A DNA stretch of 64,000 bases, taken from assembly GCA_964016885.1 (NCBI GenBank), contig OZ024741.1, positions 71,548,001 through 71,612,000 on the forward strand, given 5' to 3'. The DNA is from Eledone cirrhosa. Its lineage: Eukaryota. Below, in pieces: positions 26,147-39,982 of this stretch (position 1 is its first letter; each line of letters begins with the position of its first letter). The notes beneath the pieces are model-generated. The model did no database searches. It worked only from the letters and a program-made list of their open reading frames with translations, and was not told where the DNA came from. The position numbers and the translations under genes were made by a program.

Positions 26147-27095
26147 TAATTATATATGTGTGTAAATCAGCGTTCGGAGACACTTGCCGCGAAACACGAT
26201 CGTCACTGACAACAAACACGCAGAGAAAATCCCTTATGGCTGATACCCAACCTACTAGAAATAGCAGTCAGGTTGGTTAGCACGCACGGGATATTTTTCT
26301 TTGATTCTATAAAATTAGTATCAAACCTTCCTGGGTATACCCTTATTCCATTGCTGTACTTACTTTTTGATTGTCAGCTTTCGTTTTTATTTGATGCACA
26401 AAGGAACCAACCCACAAACATCTCTCTTTTATATTATGTATAGATTATCTATATATAATTATTTCTACTTTTGGCACAAGGCCAGCAATTATCCCAGTGC
26501 ATTACTGGTACTTTATTTTATCAGCCCCGTAAGGATGAAAGGCAAAGTTAACCTCAGCGGGATTTGAACTCAGATCATAAAGGGCCGTAACTGTATGCTA
26601 CAAAGCGTGGTGTTCAACTCTCTCTACCAATACTGCCAATCCAATATTGAGAGATGTGGAAGAAAGTCAGTTACATATATTAAGAGAAGAATGTAAGTTG
26701 CATACAGTGAGAGAGGGGGCAGAGAGCAAGTTACTTATACTGAGGGAGGGGGAAGAGAGCGAATTACATATAGTGAGAGAGGTGGAACAGAGCGAATAAC
26801 ATACATTGAAAGAGGGGTAAGAGAGCAAGCCACATATAGCGAGAGAGGAGGAAAAGAGTACGTATATTAAGAAAGGGGGAAGAGAACAAGTTACATTTAG
26901 TGAAAGAGGGGTAAGAAAGCAAGCTACATACAATGAAACAGGGGCAAGAGAGTCAGTTAGATATATTAAGAGAGTAGATATACCTGTTCTCTTCCCCCTA
27001 ACTCAATATGTATAACTTACTCTCCAATATCTCAAGATGCATAACTTATTTTTCCCCCTCTCTCAATATATCTAACATATTCTCCCTCTAATTCT

Positions 27096-29254
27096 CAGCT
27101 AGCAGCAGCGGAGGTGCTGATGGTCTCCGACCAGGCCACCTCGGGGAATTGGTATCACCCCTCTCTGCTGAGGCCGGGCGCCGCCTTCTGAGTGCAATTG
27201 TGACACTCACCAATAGGCTTATCCATGGCGCCCCGAGGCCTCTCTTTTTTGGTTAGCCTGACCACTTTCAGGAAGAAAGAGGGTGGCAAACGCCCCATCG
27301 CCGTGGGCAATGTCTTCCGGAGGTTGGCTGCTAAGGTGGTCTACAGGTCCATAACACCTGAACTGGGTGAGGAGTTCAGTCTGGTGCAACTGGGTATCGG
27401 CGTGTCCGGGGGCTGCACATGCAACCAGGCAGTTCTTCAACAGCTGCCCACCGGAACCGGCACTCAGGGAGTCCAGGCACCTCATTGTCAAGCTTGACAT
27501 GAGGAATGCCTTTAACTGCATACGCCGGGATCATCTGCTTCAGCTGAGCCCCCTTCGCCTACCCGCTGGCCTACCTGTCATATGGAGCCCGGAGCATGCT
27601 CCTTGCTGCTGATACGGTTATACCTTCGGTCACTGGGACCAACAGGGCAACCTTTTGGGCCCCCTCCTGTTTGCCCTTGGTAAAGACCACATTGCCCAGA
27701 GTGTCACGGCCCTTCTCAACATTTGGTACCTGGATGATGCTATGCTGGGTGGGCCCGTGGAGATTCTCTGCCATGACCTTCAATCGGTGGTTCTTGCTCT
27801 GACGGGAATCGGCCTCCAGGTCAACTTGTCCTTGTCGGAGGTGGTGAATGTCAGCCATGATGCTGAGAGCTTTGCAGCCTCCGTCTCGGACGTGCGGTCC
27901 ATTCTCCACCAGATACAGGTGACTCCCAAAGAGGATGTCCTCATCCTCGGGTCACCGATCGACCCGCCGGCCATCCGCTCTGCCATCAGATCTAGGCTCC
28001 AACAACTCCAGACACTCATGAGCCGACTGGGCTTGATCGACGGCCACCCAGTTCTCTTTCTGTTGAGGAACTGCTTCGCCATGCCGAAGCTCCTCTACAC
28101 CCTTCGCAGTGCTCTGTGTTACAGCCACGCATCTCTCCTCGATACTTGAATCCGAGCGGCAGCTGAGGAGATATGCAACGTCAGCTTTGACGACATTGGA
28201 TGGCAACAGGCCACTTTACCTGTTCAGTATGGCGGCCTTGGCTTCCAGTCCCCGATCTCGCTGGCGTTTCTTTCATGCCGCCTCCTCATCAGCTGGGTTC
28301 TCCAAAACACAATGGAACCTTCTGTGTTCAGGGAACGTGAGGCCACCTGTGAGATGTGGGACATGCTGGGACTTAGAGCAGCAGATGTCCTTCCTCCTCT
28401 CCCTGCTAACGTCAAGTCGCCCCAAAGCATATGGGATACCATCCAGTGTAGCCTGGTCTCAGACAGCTCGACCAGTACCGCCTTGCCTGCTTTCGTGCGG
28501 CCTCCAAACCCCACAGTGGTGCCTGGCTCTATGCGTTGCCCTCCTCCACTGGCATGCAACTGGATAACGATAGCCTGCGCATCGGCGTATCCTTGAGGCT
28601 TGGACTCCGGATCTGCGAGCCACATAAATGTCGCTGTGTATCCACTATGGACTCTTCGGCCTCCACCCGCTTTCCTGTCACCACAGTGCTGGCGGCCTTC
28701 CATGCCATGCTGCCCTCAACGAAGTCATAAAGTATGGCTTGGACGCTGTAGGCTTCCCCTTCCAGCTCGAGCCGGTGGGGCTGGACCAAGGAGACGGCAA
28801 AAGGTCAGACGGTATGACCATCTTCCCGTTCCATGGTGGCAAACCCCTCGTCTGGGATGTCACTTGCAGCGACACTTTCTCCAGCCGCAACCTGGTGCAG
28901 TCTGCGACTAACCCAGTTATTGCTGCACATCGGGCTGAGGAGGCCAAACTCTCCAAGTACCGGTTGCTCTCCGACAGGTTCGCGGTCGTGCCCTTCGCAG
29001 TGGAGACTTCTGGAGTCCCTGGCCCTAGGGCTACCTCCCTATTCACCACCATAGGCGCTGAGCTGGCCAGCTGCAGGTATGAGCCGCGCGAGTTAGAATG
29101 GCTCTTCCAGCGCATCTCCCTTACCATCCTCCGGGGAAACACCTACTCCATCCTGTCCGCCGGAGCTGTGGGGAGGCCAGCATGTGGGACCCCATTTGCT
29201 CACCTTACGAATTAACCACACTGTTTGACATGCATTTTTCTTTAAATAAAAAAA
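27096..29254 (+). mobile_element. 5'-truncated CRE-like non-LTR retrotransposon (RT plus zinc knuckle plus restriction-like endonuclease), frameshifted
   Basis: RPIAVGNVFRRL, KLDMRNAFN, GPLLF, WYLDD; CRC..H..SC; HAALN..EP..KRSDG..WDVTC.D..EEAKLSKY..PFAVETSG; AATAAAAAAA end; much more GC-rich than its flanks. Confidence 0.85.
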
Positions 29255-31464
29255 GATGAACACTTACTCTCTCCTCCTCCATCAACATATCTAACTCTCT
29301 CTCTCTCTTTCATTATATATAACTTATTCAGAGACAGAGCTTGGATGAGTTGAGGGAGAAACTGGGTTTAAAAGGAATCCGAGGTGATGTGCAAGAGAAA
29401 AGACTGCATTGATTTGGACATGTGACGGTGGATTGGCAGTATCGGTAGAGGGTCGGACGTCATGCTTTGACGCATAGAGTTACGGCCCTTGCCATTCTGA
29501 GTTCAAATCCTGCCAAGGTTAACTTTGCCTTTCATCCTTACGGGATCGATAAAATAAAGTACCAGTAATGTACTGGGTAATTGCTGGCCTTGTGCCAATA
29601 GTAGAAACAATTATATATAACTTATTCACTTGCCGTCTCTCAATATATCTAACTTACTGTCCCTCAATATACGTAATTAATTCGATCCCCCCTCTCTTTC
29701 CATATATAAAACTTACTCTCTTCTTACTCCTTTCTCAATATATCTAATTTGCTCTCTCTATACATAACTTACTCTCTTCCCCCTCTCTATATATACATAA
29801 GTTACTCTCTTCCCCCTCTCTCTTTATATCCAACTTACTCTCTCCACCTCATCCAATATACATAACTTACTCTCTCAATATATCTATTTATCTCAATACA
29901 TCACGAACGGTAAAACAAAGAATGGTGTTTATGGAAGATTTTTTTTACTGTTTTTCTTTTGTTTGTTTGTTTTTTGTCACACACACAAACACGAGCATCA
30001 GTGACAATGAACGCACTTAGAAAATCCCTTGTGGTTGATTCCCAGCCTGCTAGAAATAGCAGTCAGGTTGGTTAGCACACCCGGGATGCTTTTCTTCTTT
30101 GATTTCATAAAATTAGTAACAATAAACCTTCCTGTGTATACCCTTATTCCAATGCTGTACTTACTTTTCGATTATCAGTTATTGTTTTTGTGTGATGTGC
30201 GAAGGAACCAACCAACAAACATCTCTCTTTTATATTATGCATAGATTGCATTGATCCAGCGACCATAGAATGAAAGACATCCAAGTTATGATCAACCCAT
30301 CTTAGGGTTACATCATCCAATGTGCATTTCTAATTTTTTTAAACATTAATCACGTCAACCACGCCAGTCTGAAAATAGACTTAGGCATTCCCCACTACTT
30401 CTAATTAATCAATCGAAAATAATTATTCTGGGGGTGAATATATAAAGCGGTGAATTGGTAGAGTTGTTAGAGCATCAGATAGAACACTGCTGTCTTCGTT
30501 TCGATTCACCCCGAGGTCAACTTGCCTGCCATCCTTTCGAAGTAGATAAAAGAACAAGCAACAGTCAAGTACTAAGGTTGATTCTTTCTCTCCTTCTCTG
30601 GAAGAAATGGGCTGGATTCCGCTAGGTTTAAAGTGCCCAGAATATGGCGTATATCCTAACAGCGCCCCTGCAACTCTATCAGGAGTCCATTCATATCGAA
30701 GATAATCATTATTATTATGCTGGTGATCTGAGTTCAAATCCCGCCGAGGTTAACTTTGCCTTTCATCCTTCCGGGGTCGATAGAATAAAGTACCAGTAAT
30801 GCATTGGAGGTAATTGCTGGCCTTGTGCCAAAAGTAGAAACAATTATTATGCTGGTGGATTGGCAGTATCGGTAGTCGGACGCCATGCTTTGACGTATAG
30901 AGTTACGGCCCTTTCCAATCTGAGTTCAAATCCCGCAGAGGTTAACTTTGCCTTTCATCCTTACGGGGTCGATAAAATAAAGTACTAGTAATATACTGGG
31001 TAATTGCTGGCCTTGTGCCTAACGTAGAAACAATTATTATGCTGGAGAATATCTAGCATGTTTAAGGCAGAATCATTAGAACATTCGACAAAATGCCTTG
31101 TGGTGTTTGTTCCGGCGCTCTAGATTTAAATACCATTACCCCAAATTGGTAAAATATAGGTTGACTGTTGCAGCCTTTGGATGAGAGAGCTTGCGATATC
31201 TGTTCTGGCTCTTTGCATTCTGAAGTCAAATCCTGCTGCAGTTTACTCAGCTGGTAAACTTAATCAGATGCTGATTTAGTACTACCACCAGATGGCACTT
31301 GGATATCTTTAGTAGAGTCTATCTTGGGCTAGGTCTCCTGTTTATGGATACCTTCCTTAGTGAAGGTGCAGAGCTTAGTGCATATAGTGTTGGGTTCAAA
31401 ATCGTGAGGTTGTGACGTTGAGCAACACACTTTATTTCATGTTATCTAGTTCACTTGACCCGTG

Positions 31465-32305
31465 GCTAACATCGGTGTCCTCCGCTTGGACGAGATTCGT
31501 GTCTCCATTGCCCTCAGAGTGGGAGCCGACATCTGTAAGAGTCTGAAATGTCGGTGTGGCATGATCCTCGACTCAACAGGCCTCCATGGTCTATCTTGCG
31601 GCCTGAATGCCGGTCTCTTTGCATGTCACACGGAGCTAAATCTCATCATCAAGAGAGCTTTGGCCCGGGCAAACATCCCCTTAATTTTGGAACCGTTTGA
31701 GTTGTCAAGAATTATGGGAACAGACCTGGCGGTCTTAACCTGTGTCCCTGGTTAAGAGGCAGGTGTCTTATCTGGGACATCACAGTTAATGACTCTTTTG
31801 CTTCTTCCCACATCCTGGATGCTGTGGTTAGGGCGAGAGCTACAGCTTCCGCAGCCTAACGGAACAAAATCCTAAAATACCGTGATCTGTCGGCCAACTA
31901 CATTTTCCAGCCTGTGACGTTCGAGACGTTTGTGGGAGTCGGGCTACTGACTGCGAGGTTCTTATCTCCACTGGCGGCTCGCCTAACCGAGGTAACTGGT
32001 GATACTCGTGAGGGCGTTAAGTTATTCCAGCGCATCAGCCTCGCCATCACCCGAAGCAACGTTGCGAGCGTGCTGGCTTGCCTCAAAAATTATTAGAGAG
32101 GTTTCCCAGTACTCCTCGCGATACGGTTATCTTTTGCTCTGGCAGCTGTTCTTTTGTCCACCTCTTTCTCCTACCTTTTGTTGTATGTGGTCCTAGATGT
32201 ATGTATTACCAGCTTGTGTGTGTTTTTTCTTTTTTCTTTTTCTTTTTTCCTTTCCCTTTTTTTCTTTTTCTATTTGTAATATTATGTTGGTTAATAAAAG
32301 CATTT
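31465..32305 (+). mobile_element. Second, more decayed CRE-like 3' fragment (RLE domain)
   Basis: CKSLKCRCG..GLHGLSC..HTELN..EP; FETFVG; LFQRISLAI; ends at AATAAAA. Confidence 0.78.
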
Positions 32306-33160
32306 TTTTTTCAGTTGCAACGTCTCTGGTGTTAAACTGTATTGGTCTTTATCATTCCTTTCAACATCATCAATATTGTAGACAGGGGGGAATGGCATGC
32401 ATTACTAAAAAATATGGTTTTTGTGTCTCGGAGGAACTTTCTAGGTACAAACCCATGGTCAGCCATGACCGAAAGGGGCCAAACCCTTCAACTTCCTCCC
32501 TTCCATTAGTTCTGGAATGAAAACGTAGTAGTAATCCTTTAAAATATCACAGGCACCAACCATCTCTCTTTGAATAAATAATAAAATTAGATATGTATGT
32601 ATAGAAGAAATGTAATACCTTATGACAGTGTGGTTACGTGAAAGGCCTTCCAAATTTATTGGCAAGTAGATATAAGTATGGTCTTTTAAAGCTGAGCTCT
32701 CAAGAGTTGAGAAAATAGACGACGATATTGTTGGCTTGTTATATGATGGCAGAACTTCTAAAATGGTGGCTTAACTTATAAGAAATAAGCAAATCACATC
32801 CTTCAGTCAACTAAAAAGTGATGTTCACGACACAAATGTTTTTTTTATCAGTGTTTGAGCTCAGATGTCCAAGGGAAATAACTACAACTAAGGGGGGATA
32901 ATTTAACAAAGCAGTCATGCACAGACACACTTTTTAAAAAATATTTCATAAATGTTTTCTTTATTCTTAAAGATATCGCATTAGTCAAGTAAGATTTGAA
33001 CTAAACAAATATATATAGTACACCGACAAAAGTTTTATACACCAAAAACTATAGAAGCACTGGGCAATATGAAATTCTTTATAGAAAACAGGAAAGACTG
33101 TAGCAACAGATGGTTATAAATATTTGTCTAGAAGTTCGGGTAAAATATCCCTATGGACAC

Positions 33161-33201
<41 letters not shown>

Positions 33202-33221
33202 TGCGTGCGTGCGTGTGCGTG

Positions 33222-34745
33222 TGTAAAAGATAAACAGAAATAACACAATCGGTACAGTATGTGGAAGGAATATATTAGTTTAATGCTTGAAATAGCAGGA
33301 CGGGGGTACTTAACGTTTCGGATACTAGTCCTTCATCAGAAGAAAGAATGAGAAATTAGAAAGATTGAAGGGACGGGCAGCGGGGAATCGGGAAAAAAAT
33401 GTTTTTAGAGAAAAATAACAGGTCCATTGTTGTTGCCATCTCTTGGAAAACTGTTGATGCTGGCGTTTTGTGTATGATATATTTTTTTTAGAAAAGTGGA
33501 TGATGTAGCGCGTCTATCTGAAATGGAAAAAAACAGTGTTGTATATAGAGCTATACGTGTGTGCGTGCGTATGTGTTATTATACGTCCGTACAAAGCTAA
33601 GAGGATATGTGTATGTATAAGTAAGTAAAAGAGTGTGTATGTGCTTGTAAGTACGAAGCTATGAGCAAAAGTATGTTAATATAAGGGAGGGTGTGTGTGC
33701 GTATTTAGTATCAGCTGTAAGAGTATATTTTTCTAACCATAAGAGAGCTATAGGAATCTAGGGGTGAATGTACAAGCGTGTGTGTGATAACAGACGGTGT
33801 AAATGTGTAATCTATATATATATATATATATCAAACTGAAATTGTCTGTGTGTGTGTGTCCTAATTTTGGCAAAGTCTATACAAATCCACATATCTACTC
33901 CGATTGACTTCAAACTTGCATTTATATAGTCCTTGGGGTCTAAAGATATTAACTGCAGCTTTTATTTTTCAATTTTCTGTTGTTAAAGGCGTTTTTTTCA
34001 CTAAACTTTAAGCCCTTTTTGTCAGTTCAGTTCGGCAACTTTGTCTACAATGTTTCAGAGAGACAACTCTTTAGTATTTTGAAAGAGTTACCTCACTTTA
34101 TAGACTATATTATCCCTACTTAAACGTACATGCCTTGAAATTGTTGATGGTGACCCCAATAGTAACTACGAAGCGTTCGGCATCCGATATAACAGTTCGG
34201 TCTATATCAAATTATTGGGTAGATTTTTGTAACCTTAAAACTATCCAACTAAATTCCTTCATGCTCTCCACCACTGCAGTACCACATGCTTACTGCTCTG
34301 TAGCTTTCATTGCACCATAGCACAACAAATACATGTTCGGTTTGTCGAATGCCTTTTTACTTAACCCTATTGTCTTGGCTTTCGTGGGTTGAACATTTTA
34401 CTCTCAGGCACCCAATTAAGTTAAACCCCTGGTAATCTACGATGAATTTTTTTTATAAGCACAAAATTTAGACACCATCCCCAGGCCAAGGTATTCCGTA
34501 CTTCTCAGTACTGTTTCAGAAAGGAGGGATAAACATGCCAATCTATGTTTAGAAGCTCGAGCAATGCCAGGCCATTCTGCTAGTATTAAATAAGTTGGGG
34601 AGGGGAGTTGAGTCTATGGGGGAAACAGGACACCGGAGGGCATAGACATTGTGGGTGGAGGTGCAGGTGAAGGAATGGCAGATACGGAATGAACCGTTGG
34701 TGCCTGTGAGAGTGGTGAGGTTGGAAACGAAAGGACAGGTCTTAC
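33222..34745 (-). mobile_element. PLE (family B) 3' fragment: GIY-YIG start plus pseudo-LTR, interrupted by a Helitron
   Basis: CKTCP...FTCTSTHNVYALRC at about 34610-34745; terminal repeat homologous to 53456-53960; hammerhead motif at 33309-33342. Confidence 0.72.
33811..34583 (+). mobile_element. Non-autonomous Helitron nested in a PLE
   Basis: A|TCTATATA start; CTCGAGCAATGCCAGGC..GCTAG|T end similar to 18060-18085. Confidence 0.55.
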
Positions 34746-34879
34746 AATATATATGTATATTGTTATACTTTGGGAGGGTCATGCTGCCAATACAAACACA
34801 CGCACCAGTTTGTTTTCACTTCAATTTATTATAAATTTTCGATTGGTTGGTTGAATAACAGGATGGTTGTTTATATATT

Positions 34880-34922
34880 GTCAAAGCTCTTTCGTCACAA
34901 ACTCTGTGACCTCCTCAGTGAC
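34880..34922 (-). ncRNA. Minimal hammerhead motif (family E) in PLE terminal repeat
   Basis: Minus strand GTCA-CTGAGGA-G-GTCACA(GAGTT)TGTGAC-GAAA-GAGC-TT-TGAC. Surrounding 34750-35045 is homologous to 48750-49100. Confidence 0.68.
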
Positions 34923-35639
34923 TATTTCTTATTTTGTGTCTCTCCTTTGTTCTATCCTAAACTATCTTGTTTTGTGTGTTGCGTGCTGTGTGCTTGGTTT
35001 GCGCATGCGTTACATCTGTGTGTGTGTTTATTTATTAATTTATTTATGTGCAGAGCACTAGAAGTCGATGGAAACCGCGGAGTGGGGAGACCCAAGATGA
35101 CCTGGGATGAGGTGATAAAAGCCGACCTTACCCAATTACACCTCTCAAAGGCGATGACACACGACCGTGACCTCTGGCGTCACGCAGTAATACAGAGTAC
35201 CCAACCTCCCATGGGTACAAGCTGAAGCATATAGACAATATGCCCCCCACACCCCCCACTGCAAGGTGGTCGTGGAGGTGCCACGGCAAAAAAGCACCCA
35301 GCCCACACTGTAAAGTGGACGTGTAGGCGCCACGAAAAAGCACCCAGCACTCACTGTAAATGAGGTTGGTGTTAGGAAGGGCATCCAGCTGAAGAAATCA
35401 AGCCAAATCAGTTCCTGTATGAGCAAGGCATGGTCAGCCGACCACACACGGCCCACAACAGGACAACTCGTCTAACCCATGCTAGCGTGGAAGAACGGAC
35501 GTAAAACGGTGATGATGATGTGGTTATTTACTTGACACTAGTTGGTTGCTTGTTCTGTGTGTCTGGTTTGTTGTTGGTTGCTTGTTCTGTGTGTCTCTGT
35601 ATGTCTTCATTTTGTCCTTAATTACTAGTTGTGATGTTG

Positions 35640-37055
35640 AACGGGAGTGGTGACTAATCTATCGGTGGCTGAGGTCACAAGAGCAGTTAAAGAGCTCAAA
35701 TGTAGTAAGGCTGCTGGGGAAGATAAAATCCAGCTCAAGATGTTAAAAGCCTTAAATAGAGTATTCTCTGGCTGACTCGTGTGTGCTGGGTGGCCTGGAT
35801 CTCTGGAAAGGCACCTAAGCAATGGCAATCAGGAGTGAAAATTCCCTGGCAAAGTCTATGCTAAGTGTCTAGCAAAGAGATGTAAGGAGATGGTTGAGTC
35901 CAAGCCAGCTGGACACAGCACATCTGACAAAATATTCACACTATGGTAGGTCTTCAAGAATTGCCAAGAGGTATATTCAAATTTTTGTAGACCTTGAAAA
36001 GACATATGACCAGGTTTCTTGGGACCAGCTGTGGAAGGTTCTGCAGGAGTGTGTGATCGATGGTCAGCTTCTTGCTGCCCTGATGTCTCTATATGAATGC
36101 CTGAGTATTTGTATTTGGATAAATGGTGCTAAATCGAAACCATTCAATATGGGAGTCAGACTCTGCCAAGGGTGTGAACTGTCACCTCTCCTCCTATTCA
36201 TTATTTTCATGAACAGGATTGACATTCACAGCTGGGCTGGAAGTGGTATCATGACTGGTGGGCGTAAAATCAGTCGGCTGGAATTTGCAGACGACTTGGT
36301 GTTACTTAACTCAACAGAAGGGGATCACCAAATTGCAGTTGATAGGTTTGATGCTGAATGTTGTATGGCTGGAATGAAAATCAGTGTTTCAAAAACTGAG
36401 ACAATTGTCCTCTCAAGGAAGCTTGCGCAGTTCCCTCTACATGTGAATCGAGTTCCATTGAAGCAGGAGGAGTAGTTCAAGTATCTCAGAGTCATGTTCA
36501 CAAGGATGGAAAACAGGAGACTGAATTAAATGCAGGAATTGCAGGAGCTGGTGCAGTAATACACCAGCTTCAGAATTCAGTAAGAGTGGTAGGTGTAAAA
36601 GCCAAACTTACTGTCTTCAACTTAGTATTCGTGCCAATCCATACCTATCGTCATGAATCTTGAGTAATAACCGCACGAATACAAGTGGCCAAAATGGAAT
36701 ACCTCTGAAGGGTTTTTGGAGTACTGTTACTTGATAAAGTGTGTAGATCAGAGAGTCACTACAGGTAGAGCCACTACTTCTCTGAATTGAGAGATCAAAA
36801 CTCTGATATTATGGGCATGTGGTTAGAATGCTCCAGGAAAGAATCACTGGATAGATTTTATGGGCAAAACCAACCAGCAGGAAACCCAGGTGTAGACCCC
36901 TAGCAACATAGTTGGATAACATCCATAAGCTTGGCTGGTCTTGCCTGAGGATCCAGCCAGGTCTGTTGGAGATGGCTGCTTCTGACAGAACCTGCTGGAA
37001 GGAGAGTTTGAGGACTCTTCCCCCACAACCCTCTCAGGAATAAGTGGACGAAGAA
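35640..37055 (+). mobile_element. Decayed RTE LINE (RT to 3' end, no PHD insertion)
   Basis: FVDLEKTYD, GVRLCQGCELSP, LEFADDL, ISVSKTE followed directly by FKYL and YGHVVRM. Confidence 0.82.
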
Positions 37056-37513
37056 AAATAAGAAGATTACACTGCTGCTGACTTGTATGGCTGCTCCCTC
37101 TGTTGGGTCTACTTGGGGCAAACTATCTTTCTCCCATGCATCCTTCTCATTCAGTAATTTTTTATAATTGCACTACCATGCTACTTTCTTTTTGTTATCA
37201 GTGAGGGCAAGTACACCATTATTATCTTGGGCTCACTCCTCCCCATTAACATAACAATTTTTACTGGCATATTGCCTCACAATTTGAACTCCTCATGTCT
37301 TTGGTCCTCATATTGCAAAACATGCTAACATTTTTTTTTTTCGGGTTCCCTCCTTGCAAAGTATACTTGTCACCTAGCTTCTTGCCTAGCATCTCCCCTA
37401 CCTTCTCACCTAGCTTCCTGGTAGTGTACCCTGTTTCTCCCATTCTGCTATTGTTTTCCATAGTAGTCTCTTGTCAGTAATGCATATATATATATATATA
37501 CATATATACATAT

Positions 37514-37549
<36 letters not shown>

Positions 37550-39135
37550 GTAAAATCGAACCATCCTCATTCCATTATTAAATCTATCCCTAAAAATATA
37601 TCCATAAGGATCTCCCGACTGTCGTCTAATTTGCAGACCTTCAACGAGCATGCTGAATATTATAATGACGCACTTAGAAAAGCTGGTTACTGCGAGAAAA
37701 TTGAATATCTAGACGATAACCACATAAGTACTATGAATAAAACACATCTAAGTCGAACTAGTATTGCACCACACACACACATCAATAGGCATACTAATAG
37801 GTGCAAACCAGCAAATAGAGTCAGACGTAGAGAGTACATATGGTATAACCCTGTGTACAATTCTTCTATTAGCACTAAGATTATCTCACAATTCTATACA
37901 CTAATCAATAAACACTTTACAACTTCACATAAATACTATAAAATCTTTAACTCGCGCACCATTAGACTCTCATACTCCACTGCACCAAACATAGAACAAC
38001 TAATTAGAAAACTCAACTCAGCAATACTGAATAAGTACATCCCTAATGACTCAGCGCACCAGCATAGCAACATACAACGCACTAACACGCAACCACAACC
38101 CCACCAAACTATCCAGGATTCTACTGCAAAACATAAAAATAATTGTAACTGCACCAAACCAGGTACGTGCCCACTGAACAACCAGTGCCTAGCACGCAAT
38201 ATTGTCTACTGATGTACAATAAATTCCGGAACCAACAAATGGTATTACGTCGGATGTACCGCAACTTCTTTCAAGGCTCGCCTATACCAACATCGATCTT
38301 CGATCAGGCACGAGAAAATGCGCTCCATAACAACCCTCGCCAATAAAGCCTGGCAGCTTCGGAGGAACAATCAAGCGTTCTCCCTTGATTGGCAAATTAT
38401 TGCAGCTGCACCTGCATATCAGCAAAATCATCGATTCTGCAAGTTATGCAATTTAGAGATATACTGCATTTTAACGTCGGTAAACAAACTTTTGAACAGC
38501 AAAATTGAACGTTCTCTATACTGTAACCATCGTTTGAAAACGACTTTTTCTTTTTTTAAATGCATATAATGTTACCTTTTTACACCACCGTTTGCAAATT
38601 TCTGTCTTATATGTTTATACACAAGATATGGCTTTCTATAATAATAGTACTAAACACTGTTTTTCTGGACCCCTTTAGAAATAACCTGCTACTATAATAG
38701 CCCTAATAACTTATCTGTGACACTGTACCACTTTGACCCCTTTAACTAAATTTTGTCCGAACAACACCACTAGAAGAATCTACTTCCCCGCCAACCTTAG
38801 CACGCCTCATTAAGCTAACTGCTGCCAAAACATTCTCTCCTCATAATCTCTACTAGTCTGACAGTCTTAAACCCTAAGACTCCTTCCACCTTACTCACTT
38901 CCCTCTTCCCCTTCTCTTCCTACATCCTTCTTTATCTTTTATCTAGTGTATAAAATATTTTCATATCATTCTAATACAAAGGTCTGAAGACATGGTGTGT
39001 GTGCTTACAGTGTACCTTCGGTTTATGATAATATTTGTATATTATTCAAATAGCGTGGTATAGGTAACCCATACACTATAGAAACAATTGTTACCTAATA
39101 AATTCTATATACCCGCATTTCCATTTCGTAAACTT
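37550..39135 (+). mobile_element. PLE 3' fragment: RT C-terminus, linker, GIY-YIG endonuclease and pseudo-LTR
   Basis: YNDALRKAGY..IWYNPVYN..HKYYKIFNSRTIRLSYS..CNC..CPLNNQC..NIVY (stop) ..WYYVG..FKARLYQH..CKLCNLE..LLN; flanked by (TA)n/(CT)n. Confidence 0.87.
38980..39096 (+). ncRNA. Hammerhead motif (family C) with long stem II
   Basis: AGGT-CTGAAGA-C-ATGGTGTGTG...CATACACTAT-A-GAAA-CAATTG-TT-ACCT; palindromic stem III AACAATTGTT. Confidence 0.68.
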
Positions 39136-39137
39136 CT

Positions 39138-39212
<75 letters not shown>

Positions 39213-39904
39213 AAGGTTGTGAGTTCAATTCTCAGATCGGGTAATGTGTTGTTTCCTTGAGCAAGACACTTTATTTCACATTGCTCCAGTTTACTCAGCT
39301 GTAGAAATGAGATGATAGGGACTGGGGTCCCTATCATTCCACTGCAAAGTGGTCGTGGAGGTGCCACGGCAAAAAAGCACCCAGCACTCACTGTAAATGA
39401 GGTTGGTGTTAGGAAGGGCATCCAGCTGTAGAAATCAAGCCAGAATCAGTTCCCGTCCCACCCTTGCAAGCAGGGAAAAGTGGACGTAAAATGAAATGAT
39501 GATGATGATGATTAATAAATGGAAACTATATTTATAAAACCATATTTATTTCATTATACATATTTCAAGGATACCAAGTTAAATTATGGTATGCCTTCAT
39601 CAGACAAAATACAATATATATCAGTTTTACAAATAAGCATTGACGTACCCTTTCAAAATGCGACCATTACTTTTGGAGGACTTCAGGATATATATATATG
39701 CTTGATATATATATATGCATTAATGACAAGAGAATACCAACAGTACGAAACAGAGATCTGTCAGCTTATCTCCCTTTGTTTGTTGAAAAAAGAAGTAAGT
39801 GACATGGTCACTACTTTAAAACAATAGCGCAAGGTCTTCAAAATGCTTTTAATTAAGCATACAGTGTATTACCAAATACACTATATATACATTCATATAT
39901 ATAT

Positions 39905-39978
<74 letters not shown>

Positions 39979-39982
<4 letters not shown>

